Below, one piece after another: positions 12,953-22,576 of a DNA stretch of 64,000 nt (position 1 is its first letter; each line of letters opens with the position of its first letter). Under the pieces are notes generated by a model. It was not told the DNA's origin and searched no databases. It saw only the letters and a list, made by a program, of their open reading frames with translations. The translations under genes were made by a program, and so were the position numbers. This DNA is from Mantamonas sphyraenae STR306 (Eukaryota > Protista > CRuMs), in assembly GCA_026936335.1 (NCBI GenBank), contig JAPMXV010000069.1:248001-312000 (forward strand), read 5' to 3'.

Positions 12953-14343
12953 ATGGACACGGCACTGGGCAGCCAGCGGTCGCAGAGCCCTGTGCTGTAC
13001 AAGGGCCAAGAGCCGATGATGGGCGCGGTGCAGAGGGAGAAAACGTCGCAGGTGCAGCGGTGCATGAGGGTGAACAAGGCGGCGATTTTGGTCGTGTCGC
13101 TCGCGGTGTTTGTGTATGCAAACCTGTTCAACGGGACTTTGATTGTCGAAACGTCGCAGGCATTCGCCAGGCAAGAGGTGCAGCTTGGGCGGCAGGTGCT
13201 GATGGGGGTGCTGGGCAAGCACCAAACGATCGCACAAAAAACAATTGCCATTGCAAACTTAAAGGACTTTCGGACGGACATGGACAACGGCACGTTTCTC
13301 ACGTCGCTGATGCCGCTGTACGGAGGGGACCCACACTTTCTGGCACTGTACTGCGCCAATGAGCAGGGGGAGGTTATCAAGTTGCACTTTGAGAACAAGC
13401 CGTACGTGACGGTGGAACGGCGCTATCCATGGGGCCGCAAGATGAACTACTACGACTCGACGACGCTGCAGCTGGTGAGCACAGCACAAAACGTAAGGAG
13501 TGGGTGGGGCGGGCGGGCGGGGGCGGCACTGACACCGCGCAGACGAAAGGGTACGACGCGCGCGAAAAAGGGTGGTACAAGACGGCGTCGTCGCTGCTGA
13601 GCAAACAGACATTCACGTCGGGCCCGTTGCTGTCGCCGACAGACGCAAGCGCGTCGGTGCTGGTCGAGGTAGGGGCGGGAAAATCGCGGGTTTGTGCAGG
13701 AGGGCGCGGCGTGGACTGACACGGGGGCGCGGGGCAGATTGTGTTCAACATGCTCACGTCGTCGACAAGCAACCTGTTCTTCAAGATGAAGCTGGACGGG
13801 ACTCTGCTGCTGGACGCGATGAAGGAACTGAACGATTCGACCAACGCGATTCTGCTGTCGTCGGACGGGGGCTCGCCGCAGGTGCGCGTGAAAGCAAACT
13901 CGTTTGTTCGGAAGGACGGGGAGGCGCGGTTCGACGAGGGAAACTCGGGCGGGTTTGTGGTGGCAAACGCAACGGTGCCAGACTCGACGATGACGGTGCA
14001 GCTGAGGCGGGTGATCACAGACGTGTCGACAGAGGCAACGGTGAACCGGGTGGTGATCCTGCTGGCGTCGATGCTGGGGGGGCTGCTGTACGTGGTGCTG
14101 CTGGTGGTCAAGGTGCTGACGGCGCGGCATGAGAAGGAGATGACGATGGTGCTGCAGCAGTACGGGGTGGAGGGGAGTCTGAGGCAGGAGTCGCTGGAGT
14201 CGGGGGGAGGGAGTGTGGGGGGGGGGCCAAAGTTGGCGCAGCAGGGCGGGTGGGCGGTGGGGAGGGTGAGGTGGGGAGGGGTGAGGTGGGAGGCTGCCGC
14301 AGGGGGGGTGAGGAGGAGGGGAGGAGGAGGGGAGGAGGAATGA
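12953..14343 (+). CDS. Two-TM membrane protein with extracellular dCache-like sensor domain
   Basis: Introns 13493-13542 and 13669-13737 (both with ACTGAC branch) join three exons in frame; TM1 AAILVVSLAVFVYANLF, YDAREKGWYKTA (dCache YDPRxRxWY-like), TM2 VVILLASMLGGLLYVVLLVV. Confidence 0.7.
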
Positions 14344-14439
14344 AGGGTTTGTTGTGGGGGGTTTGGGAATGGGGGGGCGATGGGGAAGGGGGAAAACGGG
14401 GGGGGGGGAGGGGGTGTTGGGTTGGTGGGGGAAGTGCCA

Positions 14440-15170
14440 TTGCAGTTGTTTCTTGGTGCTGGGGAGGGTGTGCTGGGAGTGTGGGGCGACGGGGTGATCG
14501 GCCGGTTGGAGATCGGCAGGCGGATGAGTCGGGCGCCGGGCGAGGTCGCCATTGCAATTGTTTCGTGGTGGGTGGTGGGGTCGATGTGGGGTGTGGGTTG
14601 CTGGGGAGGGTGTGCTGGGAGTGTGGGGCGACGGGGTGGTCGGCCGGTTGGAGATCGGCGGGCGGATGAGTCGGGCGCCGGGCGAGGTTGCCATTGCAGT
14701 TGTTTCGTGGTGGGTGGTGGGGTCGATGTGGGTTGTGGGTTGGTACAGAGGGTGTGCTGGGAGTGTGGGGCGACGAGGTGGTCGGCCGGTTGGAGATCGG
14801 CGGGCGGATGAGTCGGGCGCCAGGCGAGGTCGCCATTGCAGTTGTTTCGTGGTGGGTGGTGGGGTCGATGTGGGGTGTGGGTTGGTACAGAGGGTGTGCG
14901 GGGGGTGTGGGGCGACGGGGTGGTCGGCCGGTTGGAGATCGGCGGGCGGATGAGTCGGGCGCCGGGCAAGGTCGCCATTGCAGTTGTTTCGTGGTGGGTG
15001 GTGGGGTCGATGTGGGGTGTGGGTTGGTACAGAGGGTGTGCTGGGAGTGTGGGGCGACGAGGTGGTCGGCCGGTTGGAGATCGGCGGGCGGATGAGTCGG
15101 GCGCCGGGCAAGGTCACCACTGCGGTTGTTTCGTGGTGGGTGGTGGGGTCGATGTCGGTTGTGGTGCAAT
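14440..15170. repeat. 142-bp tandem satellite, about 5 units
   Basis: Same unit as the 22.6-26.4 kb array. Confidence 0.9.
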
Positions 15171-15287
15171 GAGGATGGAGTCATTCCACCACCTCCCCCC
15201 CCCCCAACTTCCCGGGTCCACCTTCCGCATTCCGCACCCCCGCCCCCTCACACCCCATGACCCCTTACGCACCCCATATACAAAAAA

Positions 15288-15523
15288 AAAAAGGTTTGTG
15301 CTACTCATGGTTATGATGTGTCATCCTTGTGCAGGGACCATGCTGTGGGTTCAGTGCGTTTTGCGTTCCCGTGTGAGTTTCAGCGGCGAACACACTTCAC
15401 AGCACATCCTATCATCACATTCACATCCTATCCATCACATTCACATCCTATCTACGAACCTAATCTTCTCTGTTTTTAGATATAAGTTTCGATGTGATCT
15501 AATGACCCGAAGGACATTAGATC
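15288..15523 (-). ncRNA. U6: U6 snRNA gene interrupted by a 117-nt spliceosomal-type intron (15459-15343)
   Basis: Minus strand: 5' hairpin GATCTAATGTCC-TTCG-GGTCATTAGATC, then ACAGAGAAGATTAG | GTTCGT...GCACTGAACCCACAG | CATGGTCCCTGCACAAGGATGACAC, ending in an oligo-T tract. The joined exons reproduce the U6 core (ACAGAGA box, AGC triad, ISL). Confidence 0.9.
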
Positions 15524-16261
15524 GCTGCTTGTGTGTGTGAGTTCGAGCCAAACCCCGTCGCAAATGAACGCATCTTGACAACTTGCGACCGGCCCCGCCT
15601 CCGCGCCCCTGCCCTTCTCCTGTGCTCTCCACCACCCCCCACTCCCACTCCACACGCATGCAGTCTACCTGCCTCACGCCTCCCATTTCCCTCTCACCAC
15701 ACACACACACACACTCTCTCTCTCTGACACGCCCTTTCCTCCCTTTCTCCCCGGGCCTAGCCCGCCCACACACCCGTCCTTTCACTCTCCCGCTTTCACC
15801 AACAACATCCCTCACCCCGCACAACACTCCACCACTCCCACCCACTCCCCTCCCTCTCTCCTTCCCCCCCACCCCCCCCCCCCCCCCCACTTCACCTCCC
15901 CGCCAACCTTCCGTCTCCTCCCGGCCTTCTCCGCCCCCTTCTCACCCTCACCCACCACACACAACGCACCTCCCTTCCACACGTTTTCCTCACCCAGTAC
16001 CTACATTGTCTCTGTTTCCTCTCTTGCCACCGCCATCAGTTGTCTTGGCTCCTGGATCGCCGCAATCCGCCCCTTCGCCACTGCATGCACCCGCCGTCCA
16101 CCACTGCATCCACAACAGGTTCTCAGGCTCATTCTGCAGGTGATCTTTCATTTCCGGTCGCGCTTCTGCAATCACTCCTCCACACGCTGCCGCTTCTCCA
16201 CCCCACCCACCTCTCTCTCTCCTTCCTCCTCCTCCTCCACACGCTGCCGCTTCTCCACCCC
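15291..16261. repeat. About 970-bp direct repeat, copy 1 (U6, upstream region and KRQRV coding tail)
   Basis: Near-identical to 26491-27451 (offset about 11.2 kb). Confidence 0.9.
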
Positions 16262-19200
16262 ACCCACCTCTCTCTCTCCTTCCTCCTCCTCCTCCACACG
16301 CTGCCGCTTCTCCACCCCACCCACCTCTCTCTCTCCTTCCTCCTCCTCCTCCTCTCGCTCGCGCTTTTCCACCCCATCCATCTCTCCTTCCTCCTCGTTC
16401 ATCTGCTCCAACACGTGGTTGATCAAAAAGAACGGATGGACCAGCTCAAGCCTCCCGTAGATTCCGTCCGTGTATGCCTGGTTGCATTTGGTAGTCGCCG
16501 CATTGGCTACCGAGGTAGCCATGCGCATGCCCAAACTCTCCATGACCGCAGCGACTGCGAGCAGCAATGTGACTCCGTCGAGTTCCGCCGGCACCCTGCC
16601 ATAGTCGGAACTGAAACATAAACCCTCGCGCACGAGGTGTTCGCGAAGGTGCACAAGCCGCACCTGGGAGTCGCACTCGTACTGTTCAAGGGTGAACACC
16701 ACAGCCGCTTTCCTCACCTCCATGCTGGCCCCATTGAACGCAGCCACCGTCTCCTTCACCGCCTCGACCTCTCTGTTCACATACTCATCAGTCACAACGT
16801 CAAGGACATCTCGTGTCCCAGTGTATCCGTCGCAGTGCCGATTACGTTTGTTCTCGTTGACATAGTCCGTGTCCGGCGGTGAATCGATCTGCAGCGTCTC
16901 CCATCTCGCGCTCTCACGCACTCTTCCTTCCTCCTCATCCCTGCACGGTCGTGGTACATCTGTGTAGCCACACAAGGAGTAGTCAAGAAGCCACTTCTGC
17001 TGATCTGAGGTAAGCACGACCTCTTCGTCGCGTAAAACGCTTCTGAAAAGCAGACAGAGCTCCATGCCTGCTGCTGCAGCAGCCGTGAGAGCATCCGAGT
17101 CTTGGGCGACTATCCCCAGCTCTGTGGTGCCGCGGAGCGTTGCGATAAAGTCCACAATCTGCGTGTCTGCTTCGCTCGCGCGCTCACTTCCGATCGGGAA
17201 CAACACTGTTTTGCCAATGCGGTGAAGTGCAGCAACACACAGCCTGTACCGCACGCTTCTGTCGAGCCGCAGCAGGTCAACACAGCCAGTAGAAGTCTTC
17301 TGCATGATGTCCACAAAGCACGACCTGATCTTGTACCCGCCGCCACCGCACGCAGTCAGGACGCAGTCGGCGTTTGGGTACTTTTCAGTGAAGTGATAGA
17401 CGGTTCCGACCTGCGGGAACGCCAGCCGCCGCGCCAGCTTGACTTGCAATGTGTGCACGATGTCTTCCACGCTTCTTTGCCCGTTCACATGCGCCAGTGA
17501 CAGGAATGTCGCACAACCACAGTCAACAAGCCACATTGTCGGACGTACCTCCTGTGCCTTCGACTTGCTACTCATCTGGCGTGCAATATTCAGAAGCTTG
17601 GCCTTGTGATTGTGTCGCAGTTTTACCACTGCTTCGACCGTAGGCTGTTCGATCGCCGCCAACTGCAACTCGTCCACCTCGGCGTACGTCGTCGGCCGGT
17701 CGCCCAGGTTGTTCAGACGCTCCAGCAGGACAAATAGCAGATCGCTATGGCCCTGTGCGTCCTCTGTCAAGAACGCGACCTTCAGTCCAAGCTCAGTGAC
17801 ACCACAACGGAGTGTCCGTGAAATTGCGGCCCGGATCTGCGGAGTGAACGAGCTTGGCCTCAACAGCCGAACAAACAGGGCCAACTCGACGCCCGGCACG
17901 CCCACCTTTCCCAGGGCGCCCATGAGGCTGTACAGAAGCAATCGCAGCCCCCCGCTGTGCAGCACTTGCCTCAGTGCATTCTCTGCACTTGATGTCATTC
18001 CGCGCTCACGCTCTCCACACCTGTGGCGGATGTGATCCACCAGGGCCTCAAACTCCAGCGCCGTGCAGCAGTTGCGCTTGACGTTCGCACTCGAACCCCC
18101 TTCTCTGACCTTAGCCCATGCGCTCTTCCCAACATCGCAGTCGTACTCGACATCCTTCCACTCTCGCGTGTCCAACGCCAGGTGAACCAGAGCATAGTCT
18201 GCTTTTCTTTCCACGGCTGCACTCCACCAGCACACCTTCGTGTCCATTTTGACGCCGTACCGAAGCGCGGGGTGATGTGTGATGGTCTGGCTGACCTCGC
18301 TCTGCTCGCAGACACGCCCCAGTTGCGTGCACACCATCCAGACATCGTGCTGGCACATCAACCCGTTCCGGCTGAAAGCCAACACGATCTCGCCGACGAG
18401 TGTATGCAGGGAGCCGTGACACACCACCAGCATGGCTTTCAGTTTCAGCTCATTGTCCTTCAGCGACGAGTGTTCCTGTGCCAGTTCCTCCAGGTAACCC
18501 TGTGTGCACCCTTGGTCGTCGACATCATCTTCACCCCAGGCCCCTGCAGTCAGCCCTTGACTCCACCCGAACTCGATACCGTCTGGAGGGGTCTCGTTGG
18601 GGAACAATGGCTTGCGCACACGCCCTTTCGTCGTCTCCTTCGGATCCTGAAAGTCAACTGCGATGTCAAACTCACTCACGTCCTTGATGCTCCTGGGTCG
18701 TTCCCCGTACTTGTTCAGCTGATCAAGCAAGGTGTGTCGCAACATCGATAGCAAGTCCGTGTCCAGCTTAGTGATCTGCTTGAGTCTTGCCATCTTCAGC
18801 GAGAACAATGTCACTACCCCCGCAAAGACGTTATGGGCATTCAGGTTGTTTCGAACACTATCGGCTGTCACGCTTGGCATGAACAAGCGGACGAAGAAGG
18901 CCAAGTCAGTGGGTGGGACGCCCACATTGTCAAGCGCCGACAGGATATGCCGCATCAGGTCCACAAGCTTTCCGTTAGCCAGAACACACAGCTTGTGATG
19001 TGCGTTAGCAAGCTCTCCGTGGTCAGACGGCAGCGGGGATTCCTCCGTCAAAGCCCTGAGATATGCCAGCAGCATCTGGAACTCCCGCGCCGTGCAGCTG
19101 TCACGTTCGTCGCTGATGCCTTTGCTCCAGGTCCAGCTCTCGGCCCTGGGATCCCATGTCTCCATCTCGTTGATGGCGAGATGCCGGTCGTAGTCGCATT

Positions 19201-22200
19201 GTGTCCAGTGTGGGTCGCTGTCGTTGTCAGCAGGGCGTCGTGCTTCCTGCAGCCACAGCTGGGTCTGCTTGTGCTCCTCCCAGGTAGTGGGATGGCGTCT
19301 GTCGCCAAGAGTGTCCATCTCTGTCATGAGCAGATGGAGGAGGGCGTAGTTGGGCTCGCCGTAGTCGTGTGGCTCCTCCAGCCAGCACACCTTCAACCCA
19401 GCCCATGTCTCACCCACAGCCAGCCCAGCGTTGTTGACGGCTTTGCTGCACGCCTGCTGATCCATATCACGGCCGAGAAGAGTGAGACACAAGGCCATGT
19501 CGCCCTGGGAGAGGGGCCTGTTGCCCAGAACAAGCAGGATCTGTCGGACCAACGTGTTCAGGGTGCCATGGCAGACCACAACACGCGCCTGCAGGGTCAT
19601 ATCGTCGGCCATGTCGTCCCAGGGGTGCTCGAGTGCCAGAGTGTGCATGTGGTTCAGCAGTACCGTGTGCTCCCCCTTGCTGCTATGGCCACGGTGGTTT
19701 CCCTTCAACCATCCTTCGTGTAGAACGCCAATTGGCAGACTCGCTCCCAGCGCCACGCTCGTCTTCGGTTCCATCGTGGTACCACTGGGTTCGGGCAGAT
19801 CAAGGTCGGGGAAGAAAACGTTGGTCACCGTGTTCCTCGTGGTGGGGCGGGTGTCCATCTTGACGTGGCGTGTGATCCGATCGATGAGGATGTGGAGGAG
19901 GGTGTGCAGTTGTTTGACCTCGACACCTCGCTCGCCTTGGAACAGGACGATCCTGAGGTGCGTCACCGTACAGCGGATCGTGGAGCTTGCAGAGGCCGCG
20001 AACAAAACCTTCTCACAGTTGAGATCCGGCCGAACAGCGCGCACAAACAAGGCCAGGTCGACAGGCGGCACGCCAACGTTGCCCAGCGCCAGGAGGATGT
20101 GTCGTACAAGGGACATCGGATCGCCGTTGTAGATCAGCTCACGCAGTGCATGGTACTCGTGTACGTGCTGATCCCGAGGGTAATCTGCTGCGCGTGCCTC
20201 CATGTATCTCAGCAGCGTCTGGAACTCTCGCGCCGTGCAGCTGCCACGCGCCGTGCAGCTGCAGCGTGTTTCTTTGTCAATAGCTGTCCCGCACGCATGC
20301 ACAGGCGCAGGATCCCAGACTTCCAAATCCGTCGCATGTTGATCGTAGTCGCATTGTGTCCAGTGTGGGTCGCTGACGCTGTCGGCAGGGAGTCGTGCTT
20401 CCAGCTGCACCTGCATTTCCTCCAGCTCCTCCCATGTGGTGGGATGGGGCCTGTCGCCGAGAGTGTCCATCTCTGTCTTGAGCAGGTTGAGAAGAGCGCC
20501 GCTATCCTGCTCGTTCCATCTGCCTTTGCCTGCCTGTACGATGTCCTTCTCCATCTCCTTCTTGCACTGTGCCCATGACACCATTCGACCGAGTAGCGCC
20601 AGGCATACGCAGGCGTCGGCGACGGTCACTTCTTGCAGGACCCCTCGGATCATCGCAATGATCTCTTCAACAGAACCGTGGCACGCGATGGCACGAACTG
20701 TGAGGTCTTTCTCACCATTGTCTTGCTGTGGCTGTGTGAACCTCTCGATTACTGAAAGCTCAAACTTTGGCGGTTCGATGTCGAGGGTTGCGACGAGTGC
20801 GGAGGTGATGGGGCGGGTGCTGATATGAGGTGTGATGCGGTCGATGAGTGTGTGGAGGAGGGTGACCAGGAGGTCCGGTGTGGCCTCGCTGCGTTTGCTG
20901 CGTTTGCTGCGTTCCTTGTCAGTCATCTTGGGGTAGACAACCTTGAGGGAGAGAGAAGTGAGGCCGCGAGTGAGATTCGAACCAGTGGCGCTGATGGCAT
21001 TTTTCATCTGCGTGTAGGTGACGCGTGGCCTGAGGAGGCGGACAAAGAAAAACAGGTCGACAGGCGGCACGCCCACGTTGCCCATCGCCAGGATGATGTG
21101 CCGCAGCAGGGAGATCAGGCTGTCTTTTTCGATCATCTTACGCAGTGCATCGTCCGTGTGGGCGTGCTGATGGCGAGGGTGCTTGGCTGCGCGTGTCTTC
21201 ATGTGTGCCAGCAGCGTCTGGAACTCCTGCGCCGTGCAGCTGCCACGATCCCGTTTGCTCTCGCCTCTGCTAACAGGAGCCACAACGAGAGGATTCCACT
21301 TGTCAATCTTGGTGGTAGGAAGGTGGTGGTCGTACTCGCATTGTGTCCAGTGTGGGTCGCTGTCGTTGTCAGCAGGGCGTCGTGCTTCCTGCAGCCACTG
21401 CGGGGCCTGCTCGATCGTTTGACAGGTGATGAGACCAATAAGGTCGCCGATGGTATTCATCTCCTCTACGACCAGGTGGAGGAGGGCGTAGTTGGGGGCG
21501 TGGTTGTTGCTGTTGTCCCGTTTCTTCCACGTAAACGTCTCAACGCCATCCTTATTCTCTCTTTTCACGTTCCCGTCCAGCCTGATGGCGTTGAGAATGT
21601 TGTTCCCTTGGTCACATTTGCCGAGAAGGAGCAACAGGAGCAACAAATCGTCTCTGTACACGGCCAAGTCGCCGAGCGCGTACAGCAGGCTGTCCACGAC
21701 TCCACAGACACTTGGGGAAACGACCAACAGCCGAGCACACATACGGTCCTCCTCGGAAACCTCGTGGTTGTCAACCACCTCTTTGAGCCGCTCCTGCAGC
21801 TCTGTGTGGTGCTCAGCTGTCGCGTTCACGTGCCCACGCTTCTTTCCACGCGCGGCGGCTCCTCCACAGGTGTCTTTCCCTTCCTCCTGCATGCTCGTAT
21901 CATCACACACCATGTTGTCTGCCATGTCGTCCCCTTGCTCATCGAGTAACGCATGCACTGCCTTTGTGGACGAGTTCGCCTCAGCTGTGTCCTCCTTTGC
22001 ACCCTGATCCCACAACGCTATATGCATGTCTGTTGACTCCGTTTGCATGTACGGTGACGTCTGCCACCCCTGTGCTGTGCCTTCGCCGGCTTTTTCAGGC
22101 GAAGAGACAAACGAGTGATCACACACGCTGTTCTCTCCAGCACCCGCTCCAGCACACGCGTCAACCCGTTGCTTGCCTTTGCACGACGCGGACGACCCTG

Positions 22201-22576
22201 ATGGCTGTTGCGAGGCTGTAGACGAGACCCCGCGCGGCGAGTGCGCGGCCGCTGACGGATGTGCTTGCTGTGAGGCGGCAACGAATGATGTGATTGACAG
22301 TTGCTTTCGCTTGGGTGTTTTTTGCGCCGCTGCTCGACGCTTGGACGCCAGGGAGCGTGTCTCACCGCTTCCTGTGTGTGGTTTCGGCGTTTTGCCGTCG
22401 GCGTCTATGTCCATGGATGGGCGCCAGGTGCGATTTAGATGGGCTAGCCCTCGCAGGCGGTTCAAACCTCCAGCAAGAGGATCCAGTTCCCACTCTTGGC
22501 CTCCAAACGACCCGCACACACGCCCCTTACCCGTCGAACGAGGTGCAGAGTACAAAGCGCCGTGCAGGTCGTCCAT
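16172..22576 (-). CDS. 2134-aa protein with 3-4 large internal repeats, C-terminal XPG/FEN1-like (PIN) 5'-nuclease domain and NLS-like tail
   Basis: Uninterrupted ORF; repeats PHWTQC(D/E)YD...SCTA(R/Q)EFQ...LGNVGVPP; nuclease-like motifs MWLVD, SEADTQI, VAQDSDAL, LCGYTD; 19-aa tail repeats EEEEEGEREVGGVEKRQRV. Confidence 0.75.
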   Translation of the reverse strand: MDDLHGALYSAPRSTGKGRVCGSFGGQEWELDPLAGGLNRLRGLAHLNRTWRPSMDIDADGKTPKPHTGSGETRSLASKRRAAAQKTPKRKQLSITSFVAASQQAHPSAAAHSPRGVSSTASQQPSGSSASCKGKQRVDACAGAGAGENSVCDHSFVSSPEKAGEGTAQGWQTSPYMQTESTDMHIALWDQGAKEDTAEANSSTKAVHALLDEQGDDMADNMVCDDTSMQEEGKDTCGGAAARGKKRGHVNATAEHHTELQERLKEVVDNHEVSEEDRMCARLLVVSPSVCGVVDSLLYALGDLAVYRDDLLLLLLLLGKCDQGNNILNAIRLDGNVKRENKDGVETFTWKKRDNSNNHAPNYALLHLVVEEMNTIGDLIGLITCQTIEQAPQWLQEARRPADNDSDPHWTQCEYDHHLPTTKIDKWNPLVVAPVSRGESKRDRGSCTAQEFQTLLAHMKTRAAKHPRHQHAHTDDALRKMIEKDSLISLLRHIILAMGNVGVPPVDLFFFVRLLRPRVTYTQMKNAISATGSNLTRGLTSLSLKVVYPKMTDKERSKRSKRSEATPDLLVTLLHTLIDRITPHISTRPITSALVATLDIEPPKFELSVIERFTQPQQDNGEKDLTVRAIACHGSVEEIIAMIRGVLQEVTVADACVCLALLGRMVSWAQCKKEMEKDIVQAGKGRWNEQDSGALLNLLKTEMDTLGDRPHPTTWEELEEMQVQLEARLPADSVSDPHWTQCDYDQHATDLEVWDPAPVHACGTAIDKETRCSCTARGSCTAREFQTLLRYMEARAADYPRDQHVHEYHALRELIYNGDPMSLVRHILLALGNVGVPPVDLALFVRAVRPDLNCEKVLFAASASSTIRCTVTHLRIVLFQGERGVEVKQLHTLLHILIDRITRHVKMDTRPTTRNTVTNVFFPDLDLPEPSGTTMEPKTSVALGASLPIGVLHEGWLKGNHRGHSSKGEHTVLLNHMHTLALEHPWDDMADDMTLQARVVVCHGTLNTLVRQILLVLGNRPLSQGDMALCLTLLGRDMDQQACSKAVNNAGLAVGETWAGLKVCWLEEPHDYGEPNYALLHLLMTEMDTLGDRRHPTTWEEHKQTQLWLQEARRPADNDSDPHWTQCDYDRHLAINEMETWDPRAESWTWSKGISDERDSCTAREFQMLLAYLRALTEESPLPSDHGELANAHHKLCVLANGKLVDLMRHILSALDNVGVPPTDLAFFVRLFMPSVTADSVRNNLNAHNVFAGVVTLFSLKMARLKQITKLDTDLLSMLRHTLLDQLNKYGERPRSIKDVSEFDIAVDFQDPKETTKGRVRKPLFPNETPPDGIEFGWSQGLTAGAWGEDDVDDQGCTQGYLEELAQEHSSLKDNELKLKAMLVVCHGSLHTLVGEIVLAFSRNGLMCQHDVWMVCTQLGRVCEQSEVSQTITHHPALRYGVKMDTKVCWWSAAVERKADYALVHLALDTREWKDVEYDCDVGKSAWAKVREGGSSANVKRNCCTALEFEALVDHIRHRCGERERGMTSSAENALRQVLHSGGLRLLLYSLMGALGKVGVPGVELALFVRLLRPSSFTPQIRAAISRTLRCGVTELGLKVAFLTEDAQGHSDLLFVLLERLNNLGDRPTTYAEVDELQLAAIEQPTVEAVVKLRHNHKAKLLNIARQMSSKSKAQEVRPTMWLVDCGCATFLSLAHVNGQRSVEDIVHTLQVKLARRLAFPQVGTVYHFTEKYPNADCVLTACGGGGYKIRSCFVDIMQKTSTGCVDLLRLDRSVRYRLCVAALHRIGKTVLFPIGSERASEADTQIVDFIATLRGTTELGIVAQDSDALTAAAAAGMELCLLFRSVLRDEEVVLTSDQQKWLLDYSLCGYTDVPRPCRDEEEGRVRESARWETLQIDSPPDTDYVNENKRNRHCDGYTGTRDVLDVVTDEYVNREVEAVKETVAAFNGASMEVRKAAVVFTLEQYECDSQVRLVHLREHLVREGLCFSSDYGRVPAELDGVTLLLAVAAVMESLGMRMATSVANAATTKCNQAYTDGIYGRLELVHPFFLINHVLEQMNEEEGEMDGVEKREREEEEEEGEREVGGVEKRQRVEEEEEGEREVGGVEKRQRVEEEEEGEREVGGVEKRQRVEE

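Noticed and set aside
15288-15523. U6atac rather than U6
   Set aside because: Has ACAGAGA, not AAGGAGA, and a major-type 5' hairpin and ISL
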